DNA from: an uncultured delta proteobacterium
GTDB lineage: Bacteria; Desulfobacterota; Desulfuromonadia; Geobacterales; Pseudopelobacteraceae
Reading direction: 5' to 3'
Assembly (NCBI GenBank): GCA_963772835.1
Contig: CAVYYZ010000008.1
Location: 323,652 to 387,651, forward strand
Length of the DNA: 64,000 nt
Shown here: in pieces, positions 40,435-50,607 of the stretch
How positions within the stretch are numbered: position 1 is the first letter of the stretch
How the letters are laid out: every line of letters begins with the position of its first letter
The notes under the pieces: model-generated
Seen by the model: the letters and a program-made list of their open reading frames with translations, nothing else
Database searches by the model: none
Told to the model about the DNA's origin: nothing
Position numbers and translations under genes: made by a program

Positions 40435-40530
40435 TACCAATTCCACATCAAAACACTATCTTCGATGGCTCGTCTTCGTCCCCTCAATTATCGCCGCCTT
40501 GATTTCACATTTGATTTGAAATCGGGGTGA

Positions 40531-41238
40531 CTACCTCATAAAGAATCTGATCGCTTTCGACACGATGTCATACAGATTCGGGTCTGAGCTTCGCAGTGCG
40601 CCACCGAACAGGCCGAAACTCGAATCATCATGAAACTCACCTCCGGAAGCCGATTTCGTCTGTAGCTGCCGCTTTTCACGCTCCAGTTCCCGCGCCTCAT
40701 TTTTTCTCTTCTCGACTTCTCTCTCCTGCTGCAGCAGCTTTCCTCCCGCCTTCATCCATTCAAACAGATGCCGCAACTCCCCTCCGTCAAGCCATACACC
40801 ATGTTCTCTGCAACGATCAACTATAACACCGCTATTGACACCAAAGTTGACTCGATTCATGATCTTGCTGCAGACTGGGCATTTGATATAGAAAGCGCCC
40901 TGCTCGCTCGCTGCCATCGGGACTTTGCCGGCATCCAGCCTGCTTTTGTCAATTGTGAACACATGTGAAACCGTTGCCTCCAGCAGCGCTTCAAGTTCGT
41001 TCGGATCAAAGAAAAGCCCCAGACATTCATCGCAGCGTTCAATAAGAAAGCGGCCGTTTATGTTCAGATCAACGGTCTTGAGGCTGATCTTGCAGCGTGG
41101 ACAGATCCGCTCCGATTCAGTCTCGTGGGTCGTATAGTAATGAACCCCGGCAAGGTCGATGTCATTGCGGCAGCCGCAATATTCACAGCGTATCGATCCA
41201 TCGTGCAGGGGCGCAGAACAGCTGGTGCAGTTCGCCAC
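40531..41238 (-). CDS. Zinc-ribbon (zf-TFIIB-like) repeat protein
   Basis: CTSC/CEYC, CPRC..CDECLGLFFDPNEL, CPVC..CREHGVWLDGGEL; GGAGG plus GTG 41238. Confidence 0.82.
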   Translation of the reverse strand: MANCTSCSAPLHDGSIRCEYCGCRNDIDLAGVHYYTTHETESERICPRCKISLKTVDLNINGRFLIERCDECLGLFFDPNELEALLEATVSHVFTIDKSRLDAGKVPMAASEQGAFYIKCPVCSKIMNRVNFGVNSGVIVDRCREHGVWLDGGELRHLFEWMKAGGKLLQQEREVEKRKNEARELEREKRQLQTKSASGGEFHDDSSFGLFGGALRSSDPNLYDIVSKAIRFFMR

Positions 41239-41266
41239 AGTGCCTCCTCTCAAAGGTGGAGCAAAT

Positions 41267-42373
41267 TTATTCAGGTAACGGCGGTGGCGTTTTCTGCAGT
41301 GATGCAGCGAACTCATCGAACGACCCGGCTTTGCCCCATGCCGGCATTCCCTGTTTCCAGAGCAGTGTTTCATTGGTTACGGAGCCGGCCTCGATGTGGG
41401 CAATGATTGTCTGGAAATCAAACGGGCCGGTCTTCGTGCCGTTTTCGCCGATAAAATACCTGATGTCTGTCCCGCTGTCGGAGAAAGGAGGCGGAGTGCC
41501 TGAAGATGATTCCTGCGGGGCGGACATTATTTTTCCGAGCTGGTTAGCCATCGCAAAGCCAATCCCCATGCCGACTCCCGCCGATGCATCACCGCCGGGG
41601 TTCTTCGCCGCAGCCTCCATGGCCTGTGCGGCCTGGAATTTAGCGAAGTTATCCAGGTTGCCGATGATCCCCATGCTGCTCTTCTTGTCAAGCGCCGCCT
41701 CGACCTCCAGCGGGAGGGAAATGTTTTCGATCAGAAGTTTGGTGACTTCAAGGCCGTACTCCAGAAATTCAGGTGCGATTTTCTTCGTCAGGAATGCCGA
41801 TAGTTCATCGTAGTGTGCCGCCAGGTCAAGGAGCGGAATGCCGCTTTCTGCAAGTGCATCGGCGAATCTGCTGACAATAAGATTCCGCAGCTGTTCGCTG
41901 ATGTCGTCAAGGGTGAAATGCCCCCCGGTACCGACTATTTCCTGTATAAATGCAGCAGGATCATGTACCCGTATAACATACGTCCCGAATGACCGCAGCC
42001 GTACCGGCCCGAATTCCTGGTCACGGAGTATGACCGGGTTCTTTGTTCCCCATTTCAGGTTGGTAAAGTTGCGTGTATTGACAAAATATACTTCTGCTTT
42101 GAACGGGCTATGAAAACCGTATTTCCACCCCATGAGAGTGGTGAGAAGAGGAAGGTTTTTGGTTGTCAATGAATGCTGACCGGGAGCAAGTACGTCGGCG
42201 ATCTTTCCCCTGTCTACAAAAACCGCTGCCTGCGCCTGTCGTACAATCAGCTGGGCACCGTATTTTATTTCGTTGTCAAAGCGTGGAAACCGCCAGACCA
42301 TGGTATCACTTGAATCGTCGGTCCACTCGATAATATCGAGTAACTCCGCCGTGGCTTTTTCCCATAACGTCAT
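41267..42373 (-). CDS. SPFH/band-7 domain protein (YdjI-like) with C-terminal GYF_2-like domain
   Basis: SPFKAEVYFV..KWGT..LRSFG; C-terminal GPF..LWKQGMPAW..PPPLP; GGAGG RBS. Confidence 0.85.
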   Translation of the reverse strand: MTLWEKATAELLDIIEWTDDSSDTMVWRFPRFDNEIKYGAQLIVRQAQAAVFVDRGKIADVLAPGQHSLTTKNLPLLTTLMGWKYGFHSPFKAEVYFVNTRNFTNLKWGTKNPVILRDQEFGPVRLRSFGTYVIRVHDPAAFIQEIVGTGGHFTLDDISEQLRNLIVSRFADALAESGIPLLDLAAHYDELSAFLTKKIAPEFLEYGLEVTKLLIENISLPLEVEAALDKKSSMGIIGNLDNFAKFQAAQAMEAAAKNPGGDASAGVGMGIGFAMANQLGKIMSAPQESSSGTPPPFSDSGTDIRYFIGENGTKTGPFDFQTIIAHIEAGSVTNETLLWKQGMPAWGKAGSFDEFAASLQKTPPPLPE

Positions 42374-42544
42374 GGTATTTCCTCCTGTCTGAGGTTTGTT
42401 GTTCCAGTACATGAATAGAACCGGAATGTATGCCGAGTGCCATGTTAGCGTAATTTTTGATGAGATCAAGTGGTAATACACTTGTTTTTGAACGCGGATG
42501 ATTTTAGAATAAAGCGAATATAACAGGAATAAAGGAATACGTCG

Positions 42545-42862
42545 ATGAGATCATCAGGCCCCCGGACAGTCAAGCTTCCAAACGCCGAAGAAGCTGCTGC
42601 ACTACTCAAGCGGCTGCGTGGCGAGATTGACGGCAACTCCAACTACCGGACGAAATCGCTGAAAATTCACGGCCCGATCTGTGCCAAGTGTGCCCGGGAA
42701 TTCGATCAGTCCAGTCTTAATCTCCTGACCGTTCACCATAAGGACGGCAATCATCACAATAACCCGCCGGATGGTTCAAACTGGGAGAATCTCTGCGTTC
42801 ATTGTCATGACGACGAACATACGCGCGGGGGACTGGGGGAGTATTTCTCGAAAACTACTTGA
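42545..42862 (+). CDS. YajD-family HNH nuclease
   Basis: CAKCAREF..LTVHHKDGNHHNNPPDGSNWENLCVHCHD. Confidence 0.88.
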   Translation: MRSSGPRTVKLPNAEEAAALLKRLRGEIDGNSNYRTKSLKIHGPICAKCAREFDQSSLNLLTVHHKDGNHHNNPPDGSNWENLCVHCHDDEHTRGGLGEYFSKTT

Positions 42863-43610
42863 AGTTCAGGTAGATCAATCGACCGACCAGCACCAGCACC
42901 ATAGAGATAAACACCGGCCTGATAAAGGCCGTGCCCCGTTTGATCACCAGCTTCGATCCGACCCTTGCGCCCAGAAACTGTCCGATCCCCATGACAAAAC
43001 CTTCAACGAACCGTACCTGTCCGACCGATAAAAAAAAGATCAGAGCCACAAAGTTGCTGGTGAAGTTCATGACCTTGGTGGTGGCGGTTGCCCGCATCAT
43101 TGAATACCCGAGCAGCATCATGAGCGCCATCGTCCAGAACGATCCGGTACCAGGGCCGAAAAAGCCGTCGTAAAAACCGATCGACAATCCGAAGAACAGG
43201 TAGAATAAGCCGGGTTTTATACGGGCATGTGAATCCTCAGCTCCGAGGCGTGGCGAAAGCAGGGTGTATAGTGCAATGGCCGCCAGGAGCCAGGGGATCA
43301 GCTGTTTAAGCAGGGTTGTATCGAGGAGTTGGACCGCCCATACGCCAAGTGCTGCACCGGCGGCGGTCCAAAGAATGCCGCTCCGGCAGTCGCTCAATTT
43401 GACCGTACCTGCCCGTAAAAAATGGAGCATGGCACTGCCTGAGCCGAATGATGCCTGGAGTTTGTTGGTGCCGAGTGCAATCTGGGGGGGGAGGCCGATG
43501 CCTATCAGTACCGGAACGGTTATCAGGCCGCCGCCTCCGGCGATAGAGTCGATAAGGCCGGCAATAAAGGCAGCTCCGAAGAGAAGCGGGAGAAGGAGTT
43601 CAGGAGGCAC
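42855..43610 (-). CDS. TSUP/TauE-SafE (YfcA-like) membrane transporter
   Basis: IDSIAGGGGLI, ALGTNK, GFYDGFFGPGTGSF. Confidence 0.92.
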   Translation of the reverse strand: MPPELLLPLLFGAAFIAGLIDSIAGGGGLITVPVLIGIGLPPQIALGTNKLQASFGSGSAMLHFLRAGTVKLSDCRSGILWTAAGAALGVWAVQLLDTTLLKQLIPWLLAAIALYTLLSPRLGAEDSHARIKPGLFYLFFGLSIGFYDGFFGPGTGSFWTMALMMLLGYSMMRATATTKVMNFTSNFVALIFFLSVGQVRFVEGFVMGIGQFLGARVGSKLVIKRGTAFIRPVFISMVLVLVGRLIYLNFK

Positions 43611-43625
43611 GGAAGTGTGTGCTGC

Positions 43626-44324
43626 CTAGATAGCTTTGGACCACGACAGACGTCCCTCCAGCCAGCGTGAGAGACTGGTGAAGGCGTAGCAGAGGATGAA
43701 ATAAACCAGGGCGATAAACATGAAGATCTCGGTCGGGAACGCCATGGTGCGGTTGTTGATCTGGGTGGCAACGTGGGTCAGTTCAGAAACACCGACAATG
43801 AATGCAAGGGAGGTGTCCTTGATCAGCGATACGAACTGGTTAACGAATGAAGGGATCATGTTGCGCAGCCCCTGTGGGAGAACAATATACAACATAACCT
43901 GCCAGGATGTGAGCCCGGTGGAGATGGCGGCTTCGGTCTGTCCTTTGGGGATGCCTTCGATGCCGGCGACTACAATGCGGGACATATAGGCCGAGGTAAA
44001 GAGAGTCAGTGCCATGATGACCGTATTATTTTCCGCTACCTTGCCGAACAGAGCCGGCAGCAGGAAGTACATCCAGAATATAACCATCAGAAGAGGCATG
44101 CCGCGAACCAGATTTATGAAGGCGAGGGCCGGATAACGCACAATGCTGAAGCGTGAGACACTGAGGAGCCCTAGAATCAAACCGCCGAAGAAGGAGAGTA
44201 TGCAGGAAACAACTGCCAGATACATCGTCAGCCCGACACCTCCTAACGGGCCGTGAGGAAAGCGGCCGATCATGAAATAGGTGAAATTGTCGGTGATGAC
44301 GGAAAAATTCAGAAACGGTTCCAT
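43626..44324 (-). CDS. Polar amino-acid ABC transporter permease
   Basis: RGMPLL, GQTEAA, LPQ, IKDTSL. Confidence 0.92.
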   Translation of the reverse strand: MEPFLNFSVITDNFTYFMIGRFPHGPLGGVGLTMYLAVVSCILSFFGGLILGLLSVSRFSIVRYPALAFINLVRGMPLLMVIFWMYFLLPALFGKVAENNTVIMALTLFTSAYMSRIVVAGIEGIPKGQTEAAISTGLTSWQVMLYIVLPQGLRNMIPSFVNQFVSLIKDTSLAFIVGVSELTHVATQINNRTMAFPTEIFMFIALVYFILCYAFTSLSRWLEGRLSWSKAI

Positions 44325-44325
44325 A

Positions 44326-45033
44326 TCAGGTCGCCTTGTGAACGCTTAATACTTTTTCATTGTAGAGGTTGACCAGCGCCGTTATGATGATCGAGAGTGC
44401 GAGATACACCACCGTCGCGGCGGTAAAAGCCTCAAACCCCTTGAACGTATAACTCTCCACCTGACGGGCCTGGTAGGTCATCTCCATGACGCCGATTGTC
44501 ATTGCAAGCGACGAGTTTTTAGCCACATTCAGAAACTGGTTTACCAGTGGCGGAATCGTGATGCGCACCGCCTGCGGTAGGATAATGTACTGCATCGAGC
44601 GGAGATACGAGAATCCGGCGCTTCTGGATGCCTCCATCTGCTCTTTTGGTATGGAGAGTACGCCCGAGCGGATGTCTTCCGCTATGAAGGCCGAGGTGTA
44701 GATAGTCAGGGCAATGGCGGCCGCCGCGAATTCAAATCCGGTTTCGTTCAGCCAGTCATTAATAACGGTCGGAAGAATTTTATACGAGCCGAAATACCAG
44801 AAGAAGATCTGTACCAGCAGCGGGGTGTTACGGAAAAACTCGAGATAGGCAAGCGCAAACCAGCGTATCGGCTTACTATGCGCCATGCGCATAACAGCAA
44901 TAATGAGGCCCAGGATAAAGGCCATCACTATCGAGACGGCAGACAGCTTGAGAGTCGTTATCAGTCCGGTAAGGAGCCAGTCAAAATATTTTCCGGATGT
45001 TATTATCGACCAGTCGAATGTGTAGTTGAGCAC
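44326..45033 (-). CDS. Polar amino-acid ABC transporter permease
   Basis: FRNTPLLVQ, AEDIRSG, KNSSLA; start placed at GTG 45033. Confidence 0.9.
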   Translation of the reverse strand: MLNYTFDWSIITSGKYFDWLLTGLITTLKLSAVSIVMAFILGLIIAVMRMAHSKPIRWFALAYLEFFRNTPLLVQIFFWYFGSYKILPTVINDWLNETGFEFAAAAIALTIYTSAFIAEDIRSGVLSIPKEQMEASRSAGFSYLRSMQYIILPQAVRITIPPLVNQFLNVAKNSSLAMTIGVMEMTYQARQVESYTFKGFEAFTAATVVYLALSIIITALVNLYNEKVLSVHKAT

Positions 45034-45042
45034 AAAAACCCC

Positions 45043-45118
45043 GTAAGGAGCGAGGGGTTGGGAGTGAAGGGTGAGGAGCGGACAAACCACCCCTCACCCT
45101 TCACTCTTCACCCGTCAC
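45043..45118. repeat. Inverted tandem heptamer repeat (5 x GTGARGR-like, 4 x YCYTCAC-like)
   Basis: GTAAGGA GCGAGGG GTTGGGA GTGAAGG GTGAGGA (45043-45077) and CCCTCAC CCTTCAC TCTTCAC CCGTCAC (45091-45118). Confidence 0.85.
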
Positions 45119-45123
45119 TGTTA

Positions 45124-45939
45124 CTATTTGTCTGCTGTGATCTTGAACGTGCGCTCCAGGTGAAACTGAGTGGTCGGGCCGAACCATTTGTTAAATATGG
45201 CTTTAGCCTCGCCGCTTTTTTCCATCTCAAGGATGGTCTTGTTCACGAAGTTAACTAAGTTTGTATCCCCTTTGCGCATACCGAGGCCGTACGGTTCGTC
45301 GGAAATCTGGATATTCGGGATTTCAAACTGAGCCTTGTTGGGGGCTTTTGCAAGAATGCCGGCCAGGATCGCTTCGTCTGTCGTTACAGCTGATACCTTG
45401 CCCTGCTGCAGCGCCAGGAATGCCTGGGGATAGTCGTCGAAAGCAAGTACCGTTGCCGAAGGGATCGCCTTCGCGACGTTCTGCTCGGACGTGGAACCTT
45501 TGGCGGTGCCGATACGTTTTCCTTCCAGATCCTTCAGGCTCTTGACGCTTCCTTTTTTGGTGATGAACTTTTGGCCGGTCAGGAAATAAGCATGGCTGAA
45601 ATCGATAACCTTGGCCCGCTCGGCATTTTTGGTCATGGTTGCAGCAATGATATCGATGTGGCCTTCCTGCAGCTGCGGCATGCGGCTGGCGGAGGTAACA
45701 GGTTTGAGTTCAACTGTTACGCCCATTTTCTTTGCGATGGCGTTGACGAAATCGATGTCGTACCCGACGATACGGCGGGAATCCTGGTCAATATAGCCGA
45801 AGGGGGGGAGAGAATCCTTGCAGCCGACCACGAGTACACCTTTTTTCTTGGCATCGGCCAGTGTGTCACCAGCCAGAGCGGCCTGTGCGGTGATTGCAGC
45901 AAAAGCCATGATCATAAACAACGTTACCAGTTTTTTCAT
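45124..45939 (-). CDS. Polar amino-acid ABC transporter substrate-binding protein
   Basis: Signal peptide; PPFGY, GYDID, RMPQLQ, EPYGLG. Confidence 0.92.
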   Translation of the reverse strand: MKKLVTLFMIMAFAAITAQAALAGDTLADAKKKGVLVVGCKDSLPPFGYIDQDSRRIVGYDIDFVNAIAKKMGVTVELKPVTSASRMPQLQEGHIDIIAATMTKNAERAKVIDFSHAYFLTGQKFITKKGSVKSLKDLEGKRIGTAKGSTSEQNVAKAIPSATVLAFDDYPQAFLALQQGKVSAVTTDEAILAGILAKAPNKAQFEIPNIQISDEPYGLGMRKGDTNLVNFVNKTILEMEKSGEAKAIFNKWFGPTTQFHLERTFKITADK

Positions 45940-46068
45940 CTTGTTTCCTCCTTTGTGTAGTGGATAGTTCACAACTGATAATCATCTGCATGTTTCGGCG
46001 GAGTAATCATTTTGCTAATGAACTATCTTCGTGTGTCAGGGATAAGATTACCGGGATTCCAGATGATG

Positions 46069-46809
46069 TTACACACTTTGCATCGGTGTCAATAGCTGAC
46101 GCAGAAACTGCTGTGCCCGTTCATGCTGCGGTCGCAGGAAAAAATCTTCAGGAGCAGCCTCTTCGAGTATAACTCCATAATCCATAAACACAACCCGATG
46201 CGCCACTTCACGGGCAAAACCCATTTCGTGTGTCACCACAACCATGGTCATACCGGAGTGCGCCAGATCTTTCATGACCTCCAGTACCTCACCGATCATC
46301 TCGGGATCAAGAGCCGAAGTCGGTTCATCGAACAGCATAATGCGGGGCTTCATTGCCAGGCCGCGGGCGATTGCCACACGCTGCTGCTGTCCGCCGGAAA
46401 GCTGGGATGGATACGCGTCCCGTTTTTCGGCCAGGCCGACCCGGGTAAGAAGTTCCATTGCCTGCTCTTCGGCATCTTTTTTTGAAGTGCCGCGGATTTT
46501 TATGGGGGCAAGAGTAATGTTACTGATAACAGAGAGATGAGGATACAGATTGAACTGCTGGAAAACGAAACCGATCTCTGCCCGCAGTTTGTTGATATCG
46601 GTGGTTTTATCAGAAAGATCCATGCCGTCTACAACCAGGGAGCCTTTGTTGATCGGTTCCAGCTGGTTGATGGTGCGGATCAGAGTCGACTTGCCGGAAC
46701 CGGACGGGCCGCATACAACCAGAACTTCACCGGGGGTGACATGAAGGTTTATATCGTTAAGCACGTGTAGTGTTTTGAACCACTTATGCACGCCTTTAAA
46801 TGTAATCAT
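46069..46809 (-). CDS. Polar amino-acid ABC transporter ATP-binding protein (GlnQ type)
   Basis: [27 protein letters not shown]. Confidence 0.95.
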   Translation of the reverse strand: MITFKGVHKWFKTLHVLNDINLHVTPGEVLVVCGPSGSGKSTLIRTINQLEPINKGSLVVDGMDLSDKTTDINKLRAEIGFVFQQFNLYPHLSVISNITLAPIKIRGTSKKDAEEQAMELLTRVGLAEKRDAYPSQLSGGQQQRVAIARGLAMKPRIMLFDEPTSALDPEMIGEVLEVMKDLAHSGMTMVVVTHEMGFAREVAHRVVFMDYGVILEEAAPEDFFLRPQHERAQQFLRQLLTPMQSV

Positions 46810-46894
46810 ATATTCTCCCCCGAGCATAAATAAAACGATTGTTTATGTTTTTTATATCATGTTGCGGTGAGAAATGAAAGGATTTTAGCCAGAT

Positions 46895-47659
46895 TCACTT
46901 ACGAACCGGCCAGTAACTGCCTCCCGTGAGGGTCGCGGTTATACTCCCCACAACAACCTTTGATTTCATCTGCACCGGTATCCTGCGGTCATCATCGGTA
47001 AGCCAGATGAACATATCCGCCGTCCGGGCAAATATCCCTTCAGATTTAAGTAGCGGTTGAATCACTATGGTACTGAATCGCCCCAGGGGGGTGATGAGCT
47101 CTTCACGGCGCAGTACTTTAACCTCTGTATTCCAGAGCCTGCTGCAGTCATAGATATCAATGAAATATGAAGTTCCCACCTGCAGCGGTACTGTACGAAA
47201 GTAGAAAAAACTTGAGAGGGTGTCGTACGTCCGTTTCGTAATAGGTTGTTTCTTTTCACGCATGTTTCGATGGTCGGTGGTCGTGACTTCCAGTTTCTGA
47301 CGGTCAAAGCGTGCTTCACGATGCGTTATCGTTCTGCCTTCGTGTTTTCGTTCCTGGTACAGTCTCGGTGAACCGATATGTATTAGAGGAGACCCTGACG
47401 TCAGGAAAGATTCTATCCGGTCATCAACCGGGAAAAAATGCTGTAACCAGTCTGCTGATCTGGCGGTTGAAACAATATGGATCTCCGTGCCTTCCCGTGT
47501 CACTTCCTGAACCGCATGCCCTGCTGTTATGCCGGTATAGGAAAGTTCAAACTCCAAACGCTCGGGAATTGAAAATGCGTCGGCGCTGTTCAGCGTAAAG
47601 ATACACAAAAGTGCCGACAGAGTCGCATTCACCGCACATATATTGAACCGGAAATTCAT
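46895..47659 (-). CDS. DUF3108-like secreted protein
   Basis: Signal peptide; C-terminal IWLTDDDRRIPVQM pattern. Confidence 0.75.
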   Translation of the reverse strand: MNFRFNICAVNATLSALLCIFTLNSADAFSIPERLEFELSYTGITAGHAVQEVTREGTEIHIVSTARSADWLQHFFPVDDRIESFLTSGSPLIHIGSPRLYQERKHEGRTITHREARFDRQKLEVTTTDHRNMREKKQPITKRTYDTLSSFFYFRTVPLQVGTSYFIDIYDCSRLWNTEVKVLRREELITPLGRFSTIVIQPLLKSEGIFARTADMFIWLTDDDRRIPVQMKSKVVVGSITATLTGGSYWPVRK

Positions 47660-47689
47660 CGTATCACTACATCCCGTACTCCTCTCCGG

Positions 47690-48064
47690 TTATGCCTGAC
47701 CGCCGGTTTGTGACTGTTCAAACTCGGTGCGGGCCTTGTGCATTTCTTCGACTTCACGCAGTTTGTCTCCCATCCAGGCATGAAATACTTTTGCATTCTC
47801 GTAACTCATGACAACACCGGTATCAATATACCGGACCATGCTGCTGGCCAGATCTTTTGGCTCTACTGCGGTTTCACGGCCTATTGCACCTTCAAGGGTG
47901 ATCTCGTGAGAGATGGCTTCGGGGAGCGGTTGTCGCTCAAGATAGAAGTTGATTACCATTTCACCGCGAGGCGAGAATCCCCCCTGAGCACCATTTACGT
48001 AGGTGGGGTTATAGGCGTAATTAAATATGTACTTGAATGTTAATTCGGGTTTCTTATGGCTCAT
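47690..48064 (-). CDS. Hypothetical protein
   Basis: AAGGAG RBS; YVNGAQGGFSPRGE..FYLER conserved-looking segment. Confidence 0.7.
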   Translation of the reverse strand: MSHKKPELTFKYIFNYAYNPTYVNGAQGGFSPRGEMVINFYLERQPLPEAISHEITLEGAIGRETAVEPKDLASSMVRYIDTGVVMSYENAKVFHAWMGDKLREVEEMHKARTEFEQSQTGGQA

Positions 48065-48269
48065 CGGGTGTTCTCCTTTGAAGGCACGTGCATGCTCGGG
48101 TGATTGGTGAATCTAATCTACATGATAACTACCATAACCTGGTACTAGAGGAAAAGAATTTCTTGCCTTCCGGTGCTGCCAACGCTATAAAGGACCATAT
48201 AAGTCTTCTTGCAATTGTATAAAAAATATTTTGCACGCGTAGATTCCCCCTACGGTTGAAGAGGTAAAG

Positions 48270-49046
48270 ATGAAATTTTCAGGTATGCGGACATTTCTAA
48301 ATAAAAGTATGGTCATTCTGATTGTGCTGCTCTGGGGAGGTATCGCTCTTGCGGCCGAAGGCGGGGTGCACATCCTGTTTGACCAGGGGCATGACCAGCG
48401 CTTTCTGATCGAGGGACAGGGAGACCTGCAGTTGTCAAGGTTGGCTGGCATTATGCGGGGCCAGCGGAACCACGTCACTTCAACAATCCACACCCTCAAT
48501 GACGACACGTTGAAAGATTCCGCCGCACTGGTTATCTCCGGCCCTTTTGAGGCTCTGCGTCCTGAAGAGGTCGAGGCTGTGGCGCGATTCGTAGAAAAGG
48601 GAGGGCGGCTTGCCGTAATGCTGCACATTGGATCTCCCCTGGCGGGATTGCTGTCCCGGCTTGATCTGGATTCTTCCACTGCCGTTCTGCATGAGCGTTC
48701 CGGCGTAATTGATGCTGATACCAATTTTCGCGTGAGTGACCTGTCCGGTTCACCGCTTTTTACCGGTCTGACACACTTTTCAGTGTACGGCTGCTGGGCG
48801 CTTGATCAGGGCAAAGTTGCGACGGCGATTGCAAAGACGTCTTCCGGAGCATGGGCGGATCTCGACGGCAACAAAATCCTGTCTAAAGGAGATGTTATCG
48901 GTTCTTTTGCCGTTGTTGTCTCTGGTGAACAGGGCGCTGGCGCTTTTGTCGTGTTTGGCGATGATGCCATTTTCCAGAATCGTTATCTCGATGAGCATAA
49001 CAGCAGATTGGCCGCCAATCTTGCAGGCTGGCTTGCGGGGCGATAA
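48270..49046 (+). CDS. Secreted DUF4350/GldG-like (class I GATase-like fold) protein
   Basis: Signal peptide; FDQGH, FVEKGGRL, VFGDDAIFQN, LAANLAGWL. Confidence 0.72.
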   Translation: MKFSGMRTFLNKSMVILIVLLWGGIALAAEGGVHILFDQGHDQRFLIEGQGDLQLSRLAGIMRGQRNHVTSTIHTLNDDTLKDSAALVISGPFEALRPEEVEAVARFVEKGGRLAVMLHIGSPLAGLLSRLDLDSSTAVLHERSGVIDADTNFRVSDLSGSPLFTGLTHFSVYGCWALDQGKVATAIAKTSSGAWADLDGNKILSKGDVIGSFAVVVSGEQGAGAFVVFGDDAIFQNRYLDEHNSRLAANLAGWLAGR

Positions 49047-49116
49047 TCCCCATTGACATATCCGGATGATATTTGTAGAAGAATCGGTAATTAATCCAAA
49101 TAAAGGAGGTTCAAAC

Positions 49117-49506
49117 ATGAAAATCAGTCTCAAAACGGTGTTGCTGTCTCTCTCTCTGTTTCTTTGCGCTGTTCAGGGTTTTGCCGCCGAGGTGAAAGCC
49201 CCGGCTGCGGATGTGAAAAGCACCATTAAGTCGGCCGGAGACGGTGTGAAAGCCGATGCAAAAGCGACTGTTGCTGCGGGTAAAGAAAGTGCCGGCGCCT
49301 CTGTGAAGGCCAGGATTGTTGATATTAACACCGCCACTGATGCTGAGCTGAAGGCCGTTCCCGGAATAGGCGATGCCTACGCATCCAAAATCATTGCCGG
49401 CCGACCGTACGCAAATAAGGCGCAGCTCAAGTCGCGAAAAATAGTGCCGGCTGTTCTCTATGAACAGGTAAAAGACCGACTGATCGCCAAACAGCCGAAA
49501 AAATAG
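49117..49506 (+). CDS. ComEA-like helix-hairpin-helix DNA-binding protein
   Basis: Signal peptide; VDINTATDAELKAVPGIGDAYASKII; GGAGG RBS. Confidence 0.85.
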   Translation: MKISLKTVLLSLSLFLCAVQGFAAEVKAPAADVKSTIKSAGDGVKADAKATVAAGKESAGASVKARIVDINTATDAELKAVPGIGDAYASKIIAGRPYANKAQLKSRKIVPAVLYEQVKDRLIAKQPKK

Positions 49507-49531
49507 CATGTACTCTTCACGTATTGAATAA

Positions 49532-49564
49532 GAACGGGGTATCCGGACAGGGTACCCCGTTCTT
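49532..49564 (+). terminator. Rho-independent terminator
   Basis: AACGGGGTATCC..GGGTACCCCGTT then TCTT. Confidence 0.7.
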
Positions 49565-49742
49565 ACTGGTTTCCCCCGTGTAAACCTTGACTTTTCAGAG
49601 AGATACCTGCTATTCGAGAGCCATCCACATGTCTCCCGGTACACTGGTCGGCGGCATGTGCCTGGCCGGTATCTTTCTGATCTGTTTCGGTGTCATTCCG
49701 GATACGGGAAAAGTGTGATTCAGTAAATAAAGGAGAAACACG

Positions 49743-50555
49743 ATGGTGAATATGCGTAAAACAGCCTTTATCGGCGGCGGCAACATGGCTGAAGCGATTC
49801 TGCGCGGACTGCTGCGGGAAGATGGCACTGTCGGTATCTGTGTTGCGGAAATAAACCCTGCGCGTCGGGACGAACTTGCGGCACAATTTCCTGCCGTGCG
49901 GATTGTCGGGAGTGCAGCAGAAGCGGCGGAGTGGGGTGAAGTGGTCATTCTGGCGATCAAGCCGCAGCAGGCAGAGAGCGTTCTCGAACTGATCAAACCG
50001 GTTGTCAGCGCTGAAAAACTGGTGATTTCAATCATGGCCGGCATACCGAGTTCAAAAATAGAGGCATCTCTGACATCCGGCTGCCGCGTCATACGGGCAA
50101 TGCCCAATACTCCGGCCCTGATCGGTGCCGGAGCCTCAGCCGTCTGCCCGGGGCGCTATGCCACTTCAGGTGATCTGGAATATGCCGGCCGTATTTTTGC
50201 CCTGCTCGGGACCTCCCTCTCTGTGGAAGAGAAGCAGATGGATGCTGTTACCTCCCTTTCCGGCAGCGGTCCGGCCTACGTTTTTACCTTTATCGAGGCA
50301 TTGGCCGATGCCGGTGTTAAAAACGGATTGCCACGTGACGTCGCCGCCCGGTTGGCCGCCCAGACGGTGCTCGGTGCGGCCCGAATGGTTGTCGAAACCG
50401 GTGAGCATCCGGCCCTGTTGAAAGAAAAGGTTACGTCTCCTGGCGGCACGACCATTGCGGCACTGCACGTTCTTGAAAGCGGCGGTTTTCGCGGTGTTGT
50501 CATGGATGCGGTAGAGGCGGCCTGTCTCAGATCGAAGGAGCTGGCCGGAAAATAA
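49743..50555 (+). CDS. proC: Pyrroline-5-carboxylate reductase
   Basis: FIGGGNMAEA, RAMPNTP, SGSGPAY, VTSPGGTT. Confidence 0.96.
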   Translation: MVNMRKTAFIGGGNMAEAILRGLLREDGTVGICVAEINPARRDELAAQFPAVRIVGSAAEAAEWGEVVILAIKPQQAESVLELIKPVVSAEKLVISIMAGIPSSKIEASLTSGCRVIRAMPNTPALIGAGASAVCPGRYATSGDLEYAGRIFALLGTSLSVEEKQMDAVTSLSGSGPAYVFTFIEALADAGVKNGLPRDVAARLAAQTVLGAARMVVETGEHPALLKEKVTSPGGTTIAALHVLESGGFRGVVMDAVEAACLRSKELAGK

Positions 50556-50607
50556 TTTCAGGTATACCGCATCCAGATGGTCCGGAGTGTACATCCAGGA
50601 GGGTATC

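Noticed and set aside
41097..41813. Long alternative-frame ORFs (e.g. 41097-41813 +, 52842-53549 -, 52610-53266 -, 50166-50792 -)
   Set aside because: They are antisense shadows of well-supported genes and carry no recognisable motifs.
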